64,000 nucleotides of DNA from Candidatus Pelearchaeum maunauluense (GTDB lineage: Archaea; Thermoproteota; Nitrososphaeria_A; Caldarchaeales; Caldarchaeaceae), in contig JANVYQ010000006.1 of the NCBI GenBank assembly GCA_030059675.1, forward strand, positions 47,940-111,939. The letters run 5' to 3'. Positions 38,462 to 48,370 of the stretch are shown in pieces. The position numbers and the translations under genes were made by a program. The notes under the pieces were generated by a model that did no database searches, was not told where the DNA came from, and was given only the letters and a program-made list of their open reading frames with translations. Position 1 is the first letter of the stretch. The number at the start of each line of letters is the position of its first letter.

Positions 38462-39643
38462 TCACGAGATAACGCCATATTGGTAAGATGTACCTATTAG
38501 CCTGCCTTCGGCGAATCTATGCTCGCTGAAGAACTCTGGATTGACCACATCGCTCTTTCCATCGCGGAGTATAAGGTCGCTGACAAGCATTCCGAAGGCT
38601 GGGCAAAGCTTAAACCCATGGCCGCTCATACCCACGGCGTTGTAAAGGTTTTCAAACTTGGAAGACCTCCCAATTATGGGGTGCCAATCAGGGGTTATGT
38701 CGTATAGCCCTATCCAGCCCCCTGCGGCTTCGGCCTTCACCATGCATGGAAAGCGCCGCGAGATTAGCTCGCCATAGCTCATGAACGTATCCATGCTTAC
38801 GCGCTCATCCAAGTTAAAGGCTGTAGGCTCCCTCTCCCTACGTGAGAGGTCTGGATTTATACTGCCCATATACGTCTGCGTATCCCCAAATGGGCGCATG
38901 TAATAGTTATTCGGCAAATCCGCAAATACTATATGCTCCCCCCTAAACTCTTCAGGCCTCTTCCAAACCGCTATCTCCTCCTTCACCACCTCAACAGGAA
39001 GATTCAAACCAATCATGCTGCCAAGCTGGTTAGTCCATACTCCAGAAGCATTCACAACCACATCAGCCTCAAAAACCTCCTTATCAGTCAGCACGGCCTC
39101 AATCCTGTTTCCACCAACCCTGAAACCCTTTACCTCGGTCTTCGTCTTTATTATACAGCCGTTACGGGCTGCTGCTTCGGCGAATGTCTGCGCGGTCATG
39201 ACGGGGTCTGCGTAGCCTGATTCGGGCTCGTAGGCAGCTCCAGCGAGTCCGTTAGTATCTATCTGGGGTTGTATCTCCCTAAGCTCCTCTGGCGTAATGA
39301 GCCGCGTATTTATCCCCAGCGAACGCTGCATTTCTATATTCTTCTTAAGCCCTTCTAGGTCTTCTTGACCCGCAGCTATGGCGAAACCGCAGGCCCGAAA
39401 GCCTGAGGGGCCGCCTATTCTACGCTCCAGCTCGCGTAGAACCTCCCAGCTAATGAGCGCCATGCGTGCTACTTCTGGCGTGCTATAATGAAGCCGAACA
39501 ACGGCCGTTGACCTACCTGTCTGACCCCACGCGACGTACTGTCTCTCTAACAATACAATACGCCCTGCGCCCCGTTCAGAGAGATAGTAAGCTATGCTGG
39601 TTCCAGTGGAGCCTCCCCCTATAACTAGGACATCAGCCTTCAT
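38462..39643 (-). CDS. FAD-dependent oxidoreductase (DAO/sarcosine oxidase beta family)
   Basis: GGGSTG, TGRS, TPDWHPIIG, GMSGHGFK; ATG 39643. Confidence 0.9.
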   Translation of the reverse strand: MKADVLVIGGGSTGTSIAYYLSERGAGRIVLLERQYVAWGQTGRSTAVVRLHYSTPEVARMALISWEVLRELERRIGGPSGFRACGFAIAAGQEDLEGLKKNIEMQRSLGINTRLITPEELREIQPQIDTNGLAGAAYEPESGYADPVMTAQTFAEAAARNGCIIKTKTEVKGFRVGGNRIEAVLTDKEVFEADVVVNASGVWTNQLGSMIGLNLPVEVVKEEIAVWKRPEEFRGEHIVFADLPNNYYMRPFGDTQTYMGSINPDLSRREREPTAFNLDERVSMDTFMSYGELISRRFPCMVKAEAAGGWIGLYDITPDWHPIIGRSSKFENLYNAVGMSGHGFKLCPAFGMLVSDLILRDGKSDVVNPEFFSEHRFAEGRLIGTSYQYGVIS

Positions 39644-39678
39644 GCATGGTGATATGGTTAAAGCCTTGTGATAAGTGT

Positions 39679-40053
39679 TCAGCGCTTTTGCTTGGTAAGT
39701 CTGAAGAAATACCAACAGCTAAGAGGACTTTCACTGGGTCGCTTCTCTATAATGACTTCTATCTCATCCCCTATCGCTATATCCTCATAACGGGCATTCC
39801 TAACTATTCCTGGGAGACGTGCCTCTCCCAACTCTGCTATAGCTACAACATACGGCAACTCCGCCCTTGATGCTGATACATGAATCTCGGAATACGTGAT
39901 TATTCTCCCCCTGTGGGGAAGCTCGACATAGCCCGTCTCCGCTCCGCATTCTGGGCATCGCCGCCTAGGAGGAAGACTACATGAACCACACTCACCGCAT
40001 TTGGACGCTAGTATCCTGCCTTCGCAAAGCGCCGAGAGGAACTCCGCGCTCAT
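39679..40053 (-). CDS. DUF35 Zn-ribbon/OB-fold protein (thiolase partner)
   Basis: CGECG...PPR..CPECG, PYVVA. Confidence 0.9.
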   Translation of the reverse strand: MSAEFLSALCEGRILASKCGECGSCSLPPRRRCPECGAETGYVELPHRGRIITYSEIHVSASRAELPYVVAIAELGEARLPGIVRNARYEDIAIGDEIEVIIEKRPSESPLSCWYFFRLTKQKR

Positions 40054-41207
40054 ACCGCCAGCACGTGAACCACGGCGGTAGAGTTTACGCCTCCCTCATT
40101 AACCGCTATAGCCTTCTCGGCATCTACTTGTCGTTTCCCAGCCTGCTTAGTGAGTTGCTGGCATATCTCATAGATTTGTGCCAGGCCCGAAGCTCCTACG
40201 GGGTGGCCGCGAGCCTTAAGCCCGCCGCTGGTGTTGACAGGTATCTTACCGCCTCTCTGGGTCTCTCCCTCACGCGCAAGAATATAACCACAGCCCCGTG
40301 GTGCAAATCCCAGAGCCTCATAAAGGAGTATCTCGTTTATCGTGAAGCAGTCATGAACCTCGGCGAGCTGTATATCGCTTGGCTTTAGCCGTGCTTGTTT
40401 GTAAGCCTTCTCGGCTGCCGAATGAACCGCGCGGGGCCATGTTAGGTCGCGCCGCTGCGATATGCTGAGAGTGTCGGATGATACCGTTGAAGCAAGTATT
40501 CTAACGGGAGTATCGGTATATCGCCGTGCAGCCTCCTCGGAAGCAACTACTACAACAACGGCGCCGTCACTTATGGGCGCTGAGTCAAGAAGTTTGAGAG
40601 GACGCGCCACCGGCCTGCTATTCATACACTCCTCCACAGTTATCCTTCTCTGTATATGCGCTTTAGGATTATAGAGAGCGTTTTCATGATTCTTAACGGC
40701 TATGAGACATAGGTCCTCTTCTTTTGCTCCAAAATCATGCATATACCTCCTAGCGAGCATGGCGTATTGGGCTGGGATTGTTATGCCGTTGAGCTGGTCT
40801 AGGTAATAGTCGCTGGCGCTCATCAGAGAGTCTGTAACCTCTTCTGTGTTTTTGGAGGTCATCTTCTCCAGACCCACCGCCATGGCTACTTTATACAGAC
40901 CCGACCTTACAGCCATGTACGCCGTATGCAGGGCTAAGGCTCCTGCAGCTGCGCATGCCTCTACGCGGTAGGCCTCGCGCATCAGGAGGCCAGCTCTCTC
41001 GGCAACCAGCGCCCCATACATTATTTGATGCTCATAACGCTCGGACTGGACTCCCACATAAACAGCCTCAATATCGCGTGGTTCTATGGTGTTGGTAGCC
41101 TCGTTAAATGCCTCAACAAAAAGCTCTACTCCATCTTCCTCGCGCTTCCCTATTTTTGACATGCCTGCCGCAACTATGTAGCACAAGCTAGCGTCGCGGT
41201 TTTCCAA
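40050..41207 (-). CDS. Archaeal thiolase-family protein
   Basis: VEACAAAG, PISDGA, AEVHDCF, NTSGGLKARGHPVGASG. Confidence 0.93.
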   Translation of the reverse strand: MENRDASLCYIVAAGMSKIGKREEDGVELFVEAFNEATNTIEPRDIEAVYVGVQSERYEHQIMYGALVAERAGLLMREAYRVEACAAAGALALHTAYMAVRSGLYKVAMAVGLEKMTSKNTEEVTDSLMSASDYYLDQLNGITIPAQYAMLARRYMHDFGAKEEDLCLIAVKNHENALYNPKAHIQRRITVEECMNSRPVARPLKLLDSAPISDGAVVVVVASEEAARRYTDTPVRILASTVSSDTLSISQRRDLTWPRAVHSAAEKAYKQARLKPSDIQLAEVHDCFTINEILLYEALGFAPRGCGYILAREGETQRGGKIPVNTSGGLKARGHPVGASGLAQIYEICQQLTKQAGKRQVDAEKAIAVNEGGVNSTAVVHVLAV

Positions 41208-41293
41208 GGGTCATATAACGGTTTTAGCTGGAAAGCCCTATCTTCTTGCACGGGTATGATTGTGTTATAATATTTCGAAAATACCGGGGAAAA

Positions 41294-41647
41294 TCATCCG
41301 CAGGGAAACTCAAACCCAATCCTGTAGAGTTTCCCCATATACCTTATTTTGGCTGCTCTTTCGCTCAAGTCAATACGACATTTCTCCTCTATCAGTTTAA
41401 TGAGCTTAGCTGACCTATCTTTATCTAATGTAAATACTGCTGGTTTGACAAATAGGTCGTAATAGTCGCGGGGGAATCTCTTTAGCGTGTCCTCAAGCTC
41501 ACGGTCAGCCACTGGGAACGCGTCTATCAACTCGGTAAAGCCGTTGAGCTCCTCCTTATTCAGTTCGCAGCATGGCTCGCCTTCTAGGATGCGTACAACC
41601 TTAAACCTGATAGTTGCGGGTGATGCGGATAAGTATGAGAAGTGCAT
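41294..41647 (-). CDS. Hypothetical protein
   Basis: 117 aa ORF with TTTTTA TATA-like upstream; ends FPCG. Confidence 0.6.
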   Translation of the reverse strand: MHFSYLSASPATIRFKVVRILEGEPCCELNKEELNGFTELIDAFPVADRELEDTLKRFPRDYYDLFVKPAVFTLDKDRSAKLIKLIEEKCRIDLSERAAKIRYMGKLYRIGFEFPCG

Positions 41648-41685
41648 ATCTCTATTATGGGTTTGGCGCGATAAAAAGCTAAAGG

Positions 41686-41808
41686 CTATTTTGTGCGTAT
41701 GCTGGTTTGTGCAGCCTTTTCCAACTCTTCCTTAAGTTCCTCAACTTTCTTCTCTACACGCTCTCGCAGCTCATTAAACCTCTTACGTATCAGCTCCTCA
41801 TGCTCCAA
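41686..41808 (-). CDS. 40-aa charged coiled-coil microprotein, possible A-ATPase accessory subunit
   Basis: MEHEELIRKRFNELRERVEKKVEELKEELEKAAQTSIRTK; TTG overlaps atpD end, GGAGGGTGAG upstream; absent from ORF track. Confidence 0.6.
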   Translation of the reverse strand: MEHEELIRKRFNELRERVEKKVEELKEELEKAAQTSIRTK

Positions 41809-42457
41809 TCTTCATCTCACCCTCCTTACGACGCTCAAGAACCCGCTTCACACGCTTCAATTTAACGAAATCCTCCCTCTCACGTTCTTCAAGAGTCGCA
41901 GCTATAAACCTTATCGAGTCCTGGTACCGCGGTATTATCAGATGCTCAAGCGCATTAAGAAGTCGTTGAGTCTTCTTCAACTCCTCGGCCATCCTGAATA
42001 TAGCGTTCTCAAACTCCGCTACCCTACATATTATAGGCAGGAGGGCTCTAAACTTCATCACAGTATTGTCAAACGCCGATATAGTATCTGCAAAGCCGTA
42101 GGTCAGTCCTACTTTTCTCTCTTCAACCACCACCGATGGAATCCTTATCCCTATGATTGTCTGCTCCCTTACGCGGACGCTTAATGTCTCGGGCATAGTG
42201 GATGCCATGCCCTCGACCTTCATAGGGCCCATAGTCATGTAACTCTCAAAAAGCGCTGCATAAGCTTCTGAGAGGGGGCCTGTTAACTTCTCCCTCTCCT
42301 CTTCAACCCTTTCAATCAGCTCGTTAAGCCGCCGCACAAGAACATCGCGCTTGTCTTCAAGAATCCTATAAACGCTCCTCGCAACTTGGAGAGAGCGTCT
42401 AATCCTAATCATCTCCAGCTTTGTTGGAAGAACCTTGCCGCCAAAGCTAACGGACAA
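41798..42457 (-). CDS. atpD: A/V-type ATP synthase subunit D
   Basis: PTK.E, LEDKRD.L, KTQR..NALE..IIP, LEEREREDF. Confidence 0.95.
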   Translation of the reverse strand: MSVSFGGKVLPTKLEMIRIRRSLQVARSVYRILEDKRDVLVRRLNELIERVEEEREKLTGPLSEAYAALFESYMTMGPMKVEGMASTMPETLSVRVREQTIIGIRIPSVVVEERKVGLTYGFADTISAFDNTVMKFRALLPIICRVAEFENAIFRMAEELKKTQRLLNALEHLIIPRYQDSIRFIAATLEEREREDFVKLKRVKRVLERRKEGEMKIGA

Positions 42458-42525
42458 CTCGCAGTGACCCCGGAAACGCCTTGTAAAGCCTATTATTATC
42501 CCTTAACAGCAGGCCACTCTGTCAG

Positions 42526-43867
42526 CTAACTCCTCTTATTATCAACCATCTTAATACATTCTTCAATAATATCCAACGACTCCATCAAAACATCCTTCTC
42601 TATTGTTAGAGGAGGCTATATGCGTAATGTCCAGTCCCCATGATCCATTAGTGGAACTACGCCCCGCTTGATGGATTCTAGATATACTTGGCGGGTTGCT
42701 TGGGGGTTTCTTGTCTTCAGTTTCTTATCCTTAACAAACTCTATAGCCATGAGCATTCCCTTCCCGCGTACATCACCTACTATGTTGTAGCGTTCTGGCC
42801 AGTCTTGCATTCGTTTGAGAGCTTCTTCACCAAGCTGTGCTGCGCGTTCAACCAGCTTTTCGCGCTTCATAATGCGTATGTTCTCTATGGCTGCTAGACA
42901 TCCTGCAGGATGTCCTCCGAATGTTGTTCCATAGTCTATCTCCTCGCTGGCCATGGCCTCTTCACTACCATAAACCGCCGCTATGGGAATATGCCGCCGC
43001 ACAGCCCCTTACCCAGCGGCATAAGCTCTACATCAATCCCCCAGTGCTCTATCGCAAACCATTTTCCCGTCCTACCAACCCCAGTCATAACCTCGTCAGC
43101 TATTAGAAACCATCCATAGTTGTCCGCAAGCCGTCGCAAGCCGTGTATAAAGCTGTCGGGTGTATCCATATACCCGCTTCACATGCTATAGGCTCAAACA
43201 AAACACCCGCTATGCGCTCTGGACTAGCTACATATGTGAGGATATAATCCTGAATATAGTCTATGATGAATTTTCCCCACCCCTCACCCGTCATTTGTTC
43301 AGGTTTCCTATACGTGTCAGGGTAAGGTAGGATTATCGCCCCGCTTCCATAGAGTGTTTCATAATTCTTCCTTATGTCGGCGCTTTCTGGCCCGTAACCA
43401 AATGTTCCAGTATAGTAGCCGTGGTACTGGCCCATGAATGTCATTATATGAGGCCGTTTCTTCACACCGACGCAGGATTTCACAGCCGCATCAACAGCGC
43501 CAGTACCAGAAAGCTCCAACGCCACGCGCGTAAGCTTTTTAGAAGGCGCTATCTAAGGCAGCTCCTCAACCAAGCTAAAAACAGGCTTATGGAGATTAAG
43601 GCCATAGATTAGAAAACCATACTGCTTCAACCCTTCAATAGCCGCTTCCAAAACCTCTGGATGAACATTCCCTATATTGTTGGTCGACCACTGGCTGGTC
43701 AGGCCGACAAACTTTCTGCCCTCAACATCTATTAGGTAAGAGCCCTTAGCTCCTGCGACTATAAACCCAGTTACTATTGTCTCCTCACCCCAAAACTTCT
43801 TGGGGAGCATTCGTCTTGCCAGTTCTAAGTATTCAATTGTTGTTTTAGACCCGGTATAGTAAGTCAT
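42526..43867 (-). pseudogene. Degraded class III aminotransferase
   Basis: Four or more fragments (GN.HP, SGT.AV, DEVMTG.GRTG, TFGGHP, RGKG.M) plus in-frame TAG before PPLTI. Confidence 0.88.
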
Positions 43868-43922
43868 GCAGCGCGGCGCCTTAGAGCAATGGGTTACCGT
43901 AAAATATGAGGCGCCGCGCTGC
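43868..43922. repeat. Perfect 14-bp GC-rich inverted repeat, 27-nt spacer
   Basis: GCAGCGCGGCGCCT (43868-43881) / AGGCGCCGCGCTGC (43909-43922). Confidence 0.9.
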
Positions 43923-43945
43923 TATTAAAGAGTTAAAGATTCTTG

Positions 43946-45112
43946 CTAAACCAGTGGAATTACTCCTTCAGATGTTTTGACGTAGCTATGGATAGCTCTC
44001 TCAGAAACCTCTTCAATTATAGGCTCAGGGTCAAGCTGCTCTGGAACCATCACACCATACCCCTCAATATCCTCTTCAGCTAGCATCTTGGCAACTACCG
44101 CGGGAACGGTGCCTGTAAGATAGGCGGTTGCACTAGTCCTAAACTGCTTATAAGCATCCACATGGCTCATGAGCGTATACATCGTATACGTTACTATGCG
44201 CCCATCTTTCTCGCCTGTTACCTCTACGACAAGGCCTGCATGGCCTTCTATGTAGCGCGAGACATCTGCGGGTTTGGGAATTAGTGAGAAAAGCACGTCC
44301 TTCGGAGCTATCTTCATGCCGTTTACAGAGAGCTTTCTGGCTCTAAGGAGGCCTATCTTCTTGAATAGCTTAAGAGCTTGAATCAGCTCGTCAGATAAGG
44401 CTAGCTTAAAGTCTACGTATCTTATTCCCTTTCTGATGAAGCGGGGCAGTGTGAATACCTCTTCATGGTTTACCGAGTAGACTGGCTGCCTTCCTATTGG
44501 TTCTGGGAAATAGTATATCTCGTGGCCTCCGAATGGTGGGAGACGCTTATACTCGCCGTCTTCGTATATGTAGGAGGGGCATAGAACCTCATCAAAGAAG
44601 ACCTCTGGAGAGAAAAGCACCACTATCGGGTGTTTCCTACTCTTGGATACTTCACCATCCCTTATCCTAATTTCAGACACCTTATCCAGCTTATCAGCTG
44701 CGTATCTCGCATATAGGTTAGACAGTCCAGGGTCCTCGCCCAAACATATTAACGCCAATAGCTCTTTATTCTTCCAACGCCTGTCCTGAGCAATCTGTTC
44801 CTCCAATTCATCACTCGCGAGGTCTATATAATTCACGTCATTCTTCAGGCATATCTCCATTAGCTGTAGGTTAAAGTCTGGTTTTGATGCGTTGAGTAGT
44901 AGGTCATGGTTCTTTATTACTTCTGTAAGATATTCAGGCTTTGAAGCGTCAAGTAGCTCTATGCGCACTCTCCTATTTTTTATAAGGCGCTTAACCCTAC
45001 GTAGTCTCCGTATATCTACATCAGCGACGGTTAGAGATATGCGGCTGCTTTCTGCTAGATGACGCGCTATAACCTGACCTACAGCGCCTACTCCTAGGAT
45101 AAGAGTCTTCAT
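43946..45112 (-). CDS. Saccharopine dehydrogenase-like oxidoreductase (carboxy(nor)spermidine synthase family)
   Basis: GVGAVG, YIDLA, GEDPGLSN, HEEV, PEQLDP. Confidence 0.85.
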   Translation of the reverse strand: MKTLILGVGAVGQVIARHLAESSRISLTVADVDIRRLRRVKRLIKNRRVRIELLDASKPEYLTEVIKNHDLLLNASKPDFNLQLMEICLKNDVNYIDLASDELEEQIAQDRRWKNKELLALICLGEDPGLSNLYARYAADKLDKVSEIRIRDGEVSKSRKHPIVVLFSPEVFFDEVLCPSYIYEDGEYKRLPPFGGHEIYYFPEPIGRQPVYSVNHEEVFTLPRFIRKGIRYVDFKLALSDELIQALKLFKKIGLLRARKLSVNGMKIAPKDVLFSLIPKPADVSRYIEGHAGLVVEVTGEKDGRIVTYTMYTLMSHVDAYKQFRTSATAYLTGTVPAVVAKMLAEEDIEGYGVMVPEQLDPEPIIEEVSERAIHSYVKTSEGVIPLV

Positions 45113-45300
45113 GATATACCACCATAGCTGGCATAGCCGCGGGAGCTTACGCTAAAAGCCCCCATCAGAGGGTCGTCACAATCAGAATCCTCCTCTAACA
45201 GCCTCCCAGCCCCTTATGCTGCGCAGCGACCACAGCCGCCAACGGCAAGAGAGACGCATCTGGCGGCCATGTTGTCGCCAGTGTTGTTCAGCACAGTCCC
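45113..45300 (-). promoter_or_regulatory. Long structured 5' leader with uORF (candidate cis-regulatory RNA)
   Basis: TTTAAG TATA about 45323; three hairpins; uORF 45294-45214. Confidence 0.45.
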
Positions 45301-45406
45301 GTATTTATGCATTCGGTCTTAAATATCTCTGGGAAGCTCAACAATAGACTATTTCCGCAGAGCGCTTATATATTATTCTGTGACCTCGCTCAGGGAAGGG
45401 CTGGAA

Positions 45407-46627
45407 ATGGCTGGTAGGCGTGATGTTCTGAAAATAGCTGTAACTGGTATAGCTGGCCTACTGATAGGTGGTGCTGGAGCATTCTTTGCCAGGCAGCGGG
45501 AAGTTGATAGGCTGAAGAAGGAGGTTGAAGACCTAGCGAAGCAAGCAGGAATACCGACAAAAACCGTAACCGAAACCAGAACCCTAACGACCACCGTTCT
45601 CGGAAAGCCGCAACTTGAGAAAAACCTAAACATATACAACTGGACATTCTACGTTAACCGGAACCTCGTTGATTGGTGGGCTAAAGAGAATGAGATATCG
45701 CTGGTGTATGACTATTTCGGGTCCTTAGACGAGGTTTCGGCTAAGCTAGAGACTGGCGCGAGCGGCTATGACATAGCGGTTGTGAGCGACGCGAAGGTTA
45801 AGGAGGTGGCCGACCTAGGGCTGATAGAGGAGATAGACCTTAAGAAGATACCTAACTTCAAGTATGTCCCTGACGAGTTTAAGAACCCGCCATACGACCC
45901 TGGAAATAGGTTTAGCGTGATATACAGTTATGGAACCACGGGACTGGGCTGGAATAGCAATAGAGTAGAGCCGCCAGTTACTGCGTGGGGTGATGTCTTT
46001 GAACCTGATAGGCATCTGGGCAAGTATAAGGGTAAGATAACCATGCACTCGGATACCGATGAGACTTTCGCCGCCACGCTCATCTACCTAGGCAAAGACC
46101 CCAACAGCACGAAGGACGAGGATCTCCGAGAGGCTATTGAAGCGTTGATAAAGCAGAAGCCCTATCTGGCTGGTTATGCCACAACCGAAGAATATATGGA
46201 GGGTCTTGAGACAGAACGCTTCCTAATAAGCCATGCCTGGAACGGCGACATAGCTGGCGTAGTCTACGCCAGTGACGAAAGGCAGGTTACCGTCTCTAAA
46301 TCCTTGGACTACATAGTATACACGGTTCCTGAGGAGGGCGCGTTGGCGTGGTATGATAACTTCGTGATACCCAAGGGAGCGCAGAACAAGGAGGCTGCCC
46401 ACGCTTTCATAAACTTTATGCTAGACCCGCGCGTCGCCGCTATAAACAGTATAACCATCAAGTATCCATTCCCAACAGGTGTTGACTATGTACCAGAAGA
46501 GATAGCGAAGGATCAGATGATATTCACGCCCCGCGAGCTGTTGGCGAAGCTTCACTTGAGAAGGCCTTTCACGCCAGATGAGCGGCAGAAGCGTCAGGAG
46601 TACTGGCTTGAGCTTATGGCGGCGTAA
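45407..46627 (+). CDS. potD: Spermidine/putrescine ABC substrate-binding protein with Tat signal
   Basis: RRDVLK twin-Arg, LNIYNW, YDPGN, WNGD, PEEG...W.DN..IPK. Confidence 0.92.
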   Translation: MAGRRDVLKIAVTGIAGLLIGGAGAFFARQREVDRLKKEVEDLAKQAGIPTKTVTETRTLTTTVLGKPQLEKNLNIYNWTFYVNRNLVDWWAKENEISLVYDYFGSLDEVSAKLETGASGYDIAVVSDAKVKEVADLGLIEEIDLKKIPNFKYVPDEFKNPPYDPGNRFSVIYSYGTTGLGWNSNRVEPPVTAWGDVFEPDRHLGKYKGKITMHSDTDETFAATLIYLGKDPNSTKDEDLREAIEALIKQKPYLAGYATTEEYMEGLETERFLISHAWNGDIAGVVYASDERQVTVSKSLDYIVYTVPEEGALAWYDNFVIPKGAQNKEAAHAFINFMLDPRVAAINSITIKYPFPTGVDYVPEEIAKDQMIFTPRELLAKLHLRRPFTPDERQKRQEYWLELMAA

Positions 46628-46692
46628 ATCGTTTCCCCACCATTATATCTTTATTTGGTATTTCTGGCTGCGTGATGGGGTAGAGCGGGGCA

Positions 46693-47577
46693 GTGTCGCT
46701 GCTCGGCAGCCTCGTGAGGAAGGTCAGGAGGAGTAGGCGGGTTAAGCTTACACTTCTCCTAGCTCCACCACTGGCGTTCTTGGCTATCTGGTTTTATGCA
46801 CCATTCATCATAACAGGGCTATACAGCCTGGACATGATTACACGCGCTAGGGAAATAGTCTTCACCCCCTCGCTGAAATATTATGAGCGCATACTCGGCT
46901 GGCGCAGCGGGCTTACAATAATGCTCCGCTCACTATACTTTGGAGCGCTCACCACAGCAATCTGCCTGCTCATAAGCTACCCACTCGCTTACTATATCTC
47001 ATTCAAAGTCAAGAAACACAAGGATGTCCTAATAGTCCTCTTTATAATACCGTTCTGGGTAAGCTTCCTACTTAGAACATACGCCTTCATGACGCTCTTG
47101 GATGAGCGGAGCTTCATAAACAACATCCTACTCTCCCTTGGACTGATACAACAGCCCCTACAGCTGCTCTATACGGATGTGGCGGTGATAACTGTTATGG
47201 TATATGACTACATGCTCTTTATGGTCCTCCCATTATACGCTAACCTAGAGAAGCTGGATAAGAGCTTGCTTGAAGCTTCTTCAACGCTCGGCGCTGGGCC
47301 AGTATCAACATTCTTCAGAGTCACTCTACCGCTAAGTATGCCTGGCATACTGGCGGGCTCGTTATTGGTGTTCATACCTGCTGTGGGCGAGTTTGTAGTC
47401 CCAGCGCTAGTAGGGGGGCCGAACAACTTCATGATAGGAAATCTTATTTATCAAATATTCCTCGGGGCACGCCACTGGTGGATAGGCTCAGCCCTCTCAA
47501 TACTATTCATAGCCATGATACTCGTACTGGCGATAATCTACTTAAAGAAAGTCGGTAGTGTGGGGCCGTCGTTCTGA
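46693..47577 (+). CDS. potB: Polyamine ABC permease
   Basis: PFWVSFL.RTYA, LEAS.TLGA, PALVGG. Confidence 0.9.
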   Translation: MSLLGSLVRKVRRSRRVKLTLLLAPPLAFLAIWFYAPFIITGLYSLDMITRAREIVFTPSLKYYERILGWRSGLTIMLRSLYFGALTTAICLLISYPLAYYISFKVKKHKDVLIVLFIIPFWVSFLLRTYAFMTLLDERSFINNILLSLGLIQQPLQLLYTDVAVITVMVYDYMLFMVLPLYANLEKLDKSLLEASSTLGAGPVSTFFRVTLPLSMPGILAGSLLVFIPAVGEFVVPALVGGPNNFMIGNLIYQIFLGARHWWIGSALSILFIAMILVLAIIYLKKVGSVGPSF

Positions 47578-48359
47578 TGAAGAAAACAAACCTATTCCTC
47601 ATGATTTTCACAGTCTTTGTCTTCATATTCCTATACGCCCCGATGGTTATCATGGTTATCTTCTCATTCAACGAGGCAAAATCGCTTGGTGTCTTTACGG
47701 CGTTCTCGCTAAAATGGTATGAAAAAATATTCACCAATACCGAGGTATGGGTAGCTCTCTATAACTCCGTATGGGTTGGCGCTGTGGTTACAGCCGTATC
47801 TATAGTGTTGGGTATGATGATGGCCTTAGCGGTTACGCGTTTCAGCTTCGTTGGGAAGCCAATACTTGACGCGCTAATACTGATACCTATAATAATCCCT
47901 GAGATAACAGAGGCTCTCTCGCTCCTCGTGATGTATGTCTTCCTAAACATCCCCCTAGGGCCTCTTACAGTTATAATAGGACACGCAGCCTTTGATGTAG
48001 CTTTTGTCACAGTGGTTCTGCGGGCTAGGATGGCTGGCTACGATAGAACCGTGGAGGAGGCTGCGAGGACGCTAGGGGCGAATGAGCTTCAGACGTTCTT
48101 TAGAATAACTCTCCCAGTAATGTATCCCGCAATATTGGCAGCAGGCTTACTGGCTTTCACCCTCAGCTTTGACGACCTCATAAAAACCCTTTTCACAACA
48201 GGGCCTGGCTTTAAGACCCTCCCGCTAATAGTATGGAGCTCCGCAGCCCGCGGAGGTGTTTCGCCTGACCTTAACGCCCTCTCAACATTCGCCATCTCTA
48301 TATCTCTCCTCTTCGCAGTCTTTAGAATAAGGGCTGAGAAGAAGATGCGGGGCGTGTAG
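47577..48359 (+). CDS. potC: Polyamine ABC permease
   Basis: FSLKWY, EEAARTLGA, FTLSFDD. Confidence 0.9.
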   Translation: MKKTNLFLMIFTVFVFIFLYAPMVIMVIFSFNEAKSLGVFTAFSLKWYEKIFTNTEVWVALYNSVWVGAVVTAVSIVLGMMMALAVTRFSFVGKPILDALILIPIIIPEITEALSLLVMYVFLNIPLGPLTVIIGHAAFDVAFVTVVLRARMAGYDRTVEEAARTLGANELQTFFRITLPVMYPAILAAGLLAFTLSFDDLIKTLFTTGPGFKTLPLIVWSSAARGGVSPDLNALSTFAISISLLFAVFRIRAEKKMRGV

Positions 48360-48370
48360 GTGGAGGCTGG

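Noticed and set aside
42616-42618. In-frame TAG codons in pseudogenes as pyrrolysine or read-through
   Set aside because: They co-occur with several frameshifts, and no pyl genes are in the window
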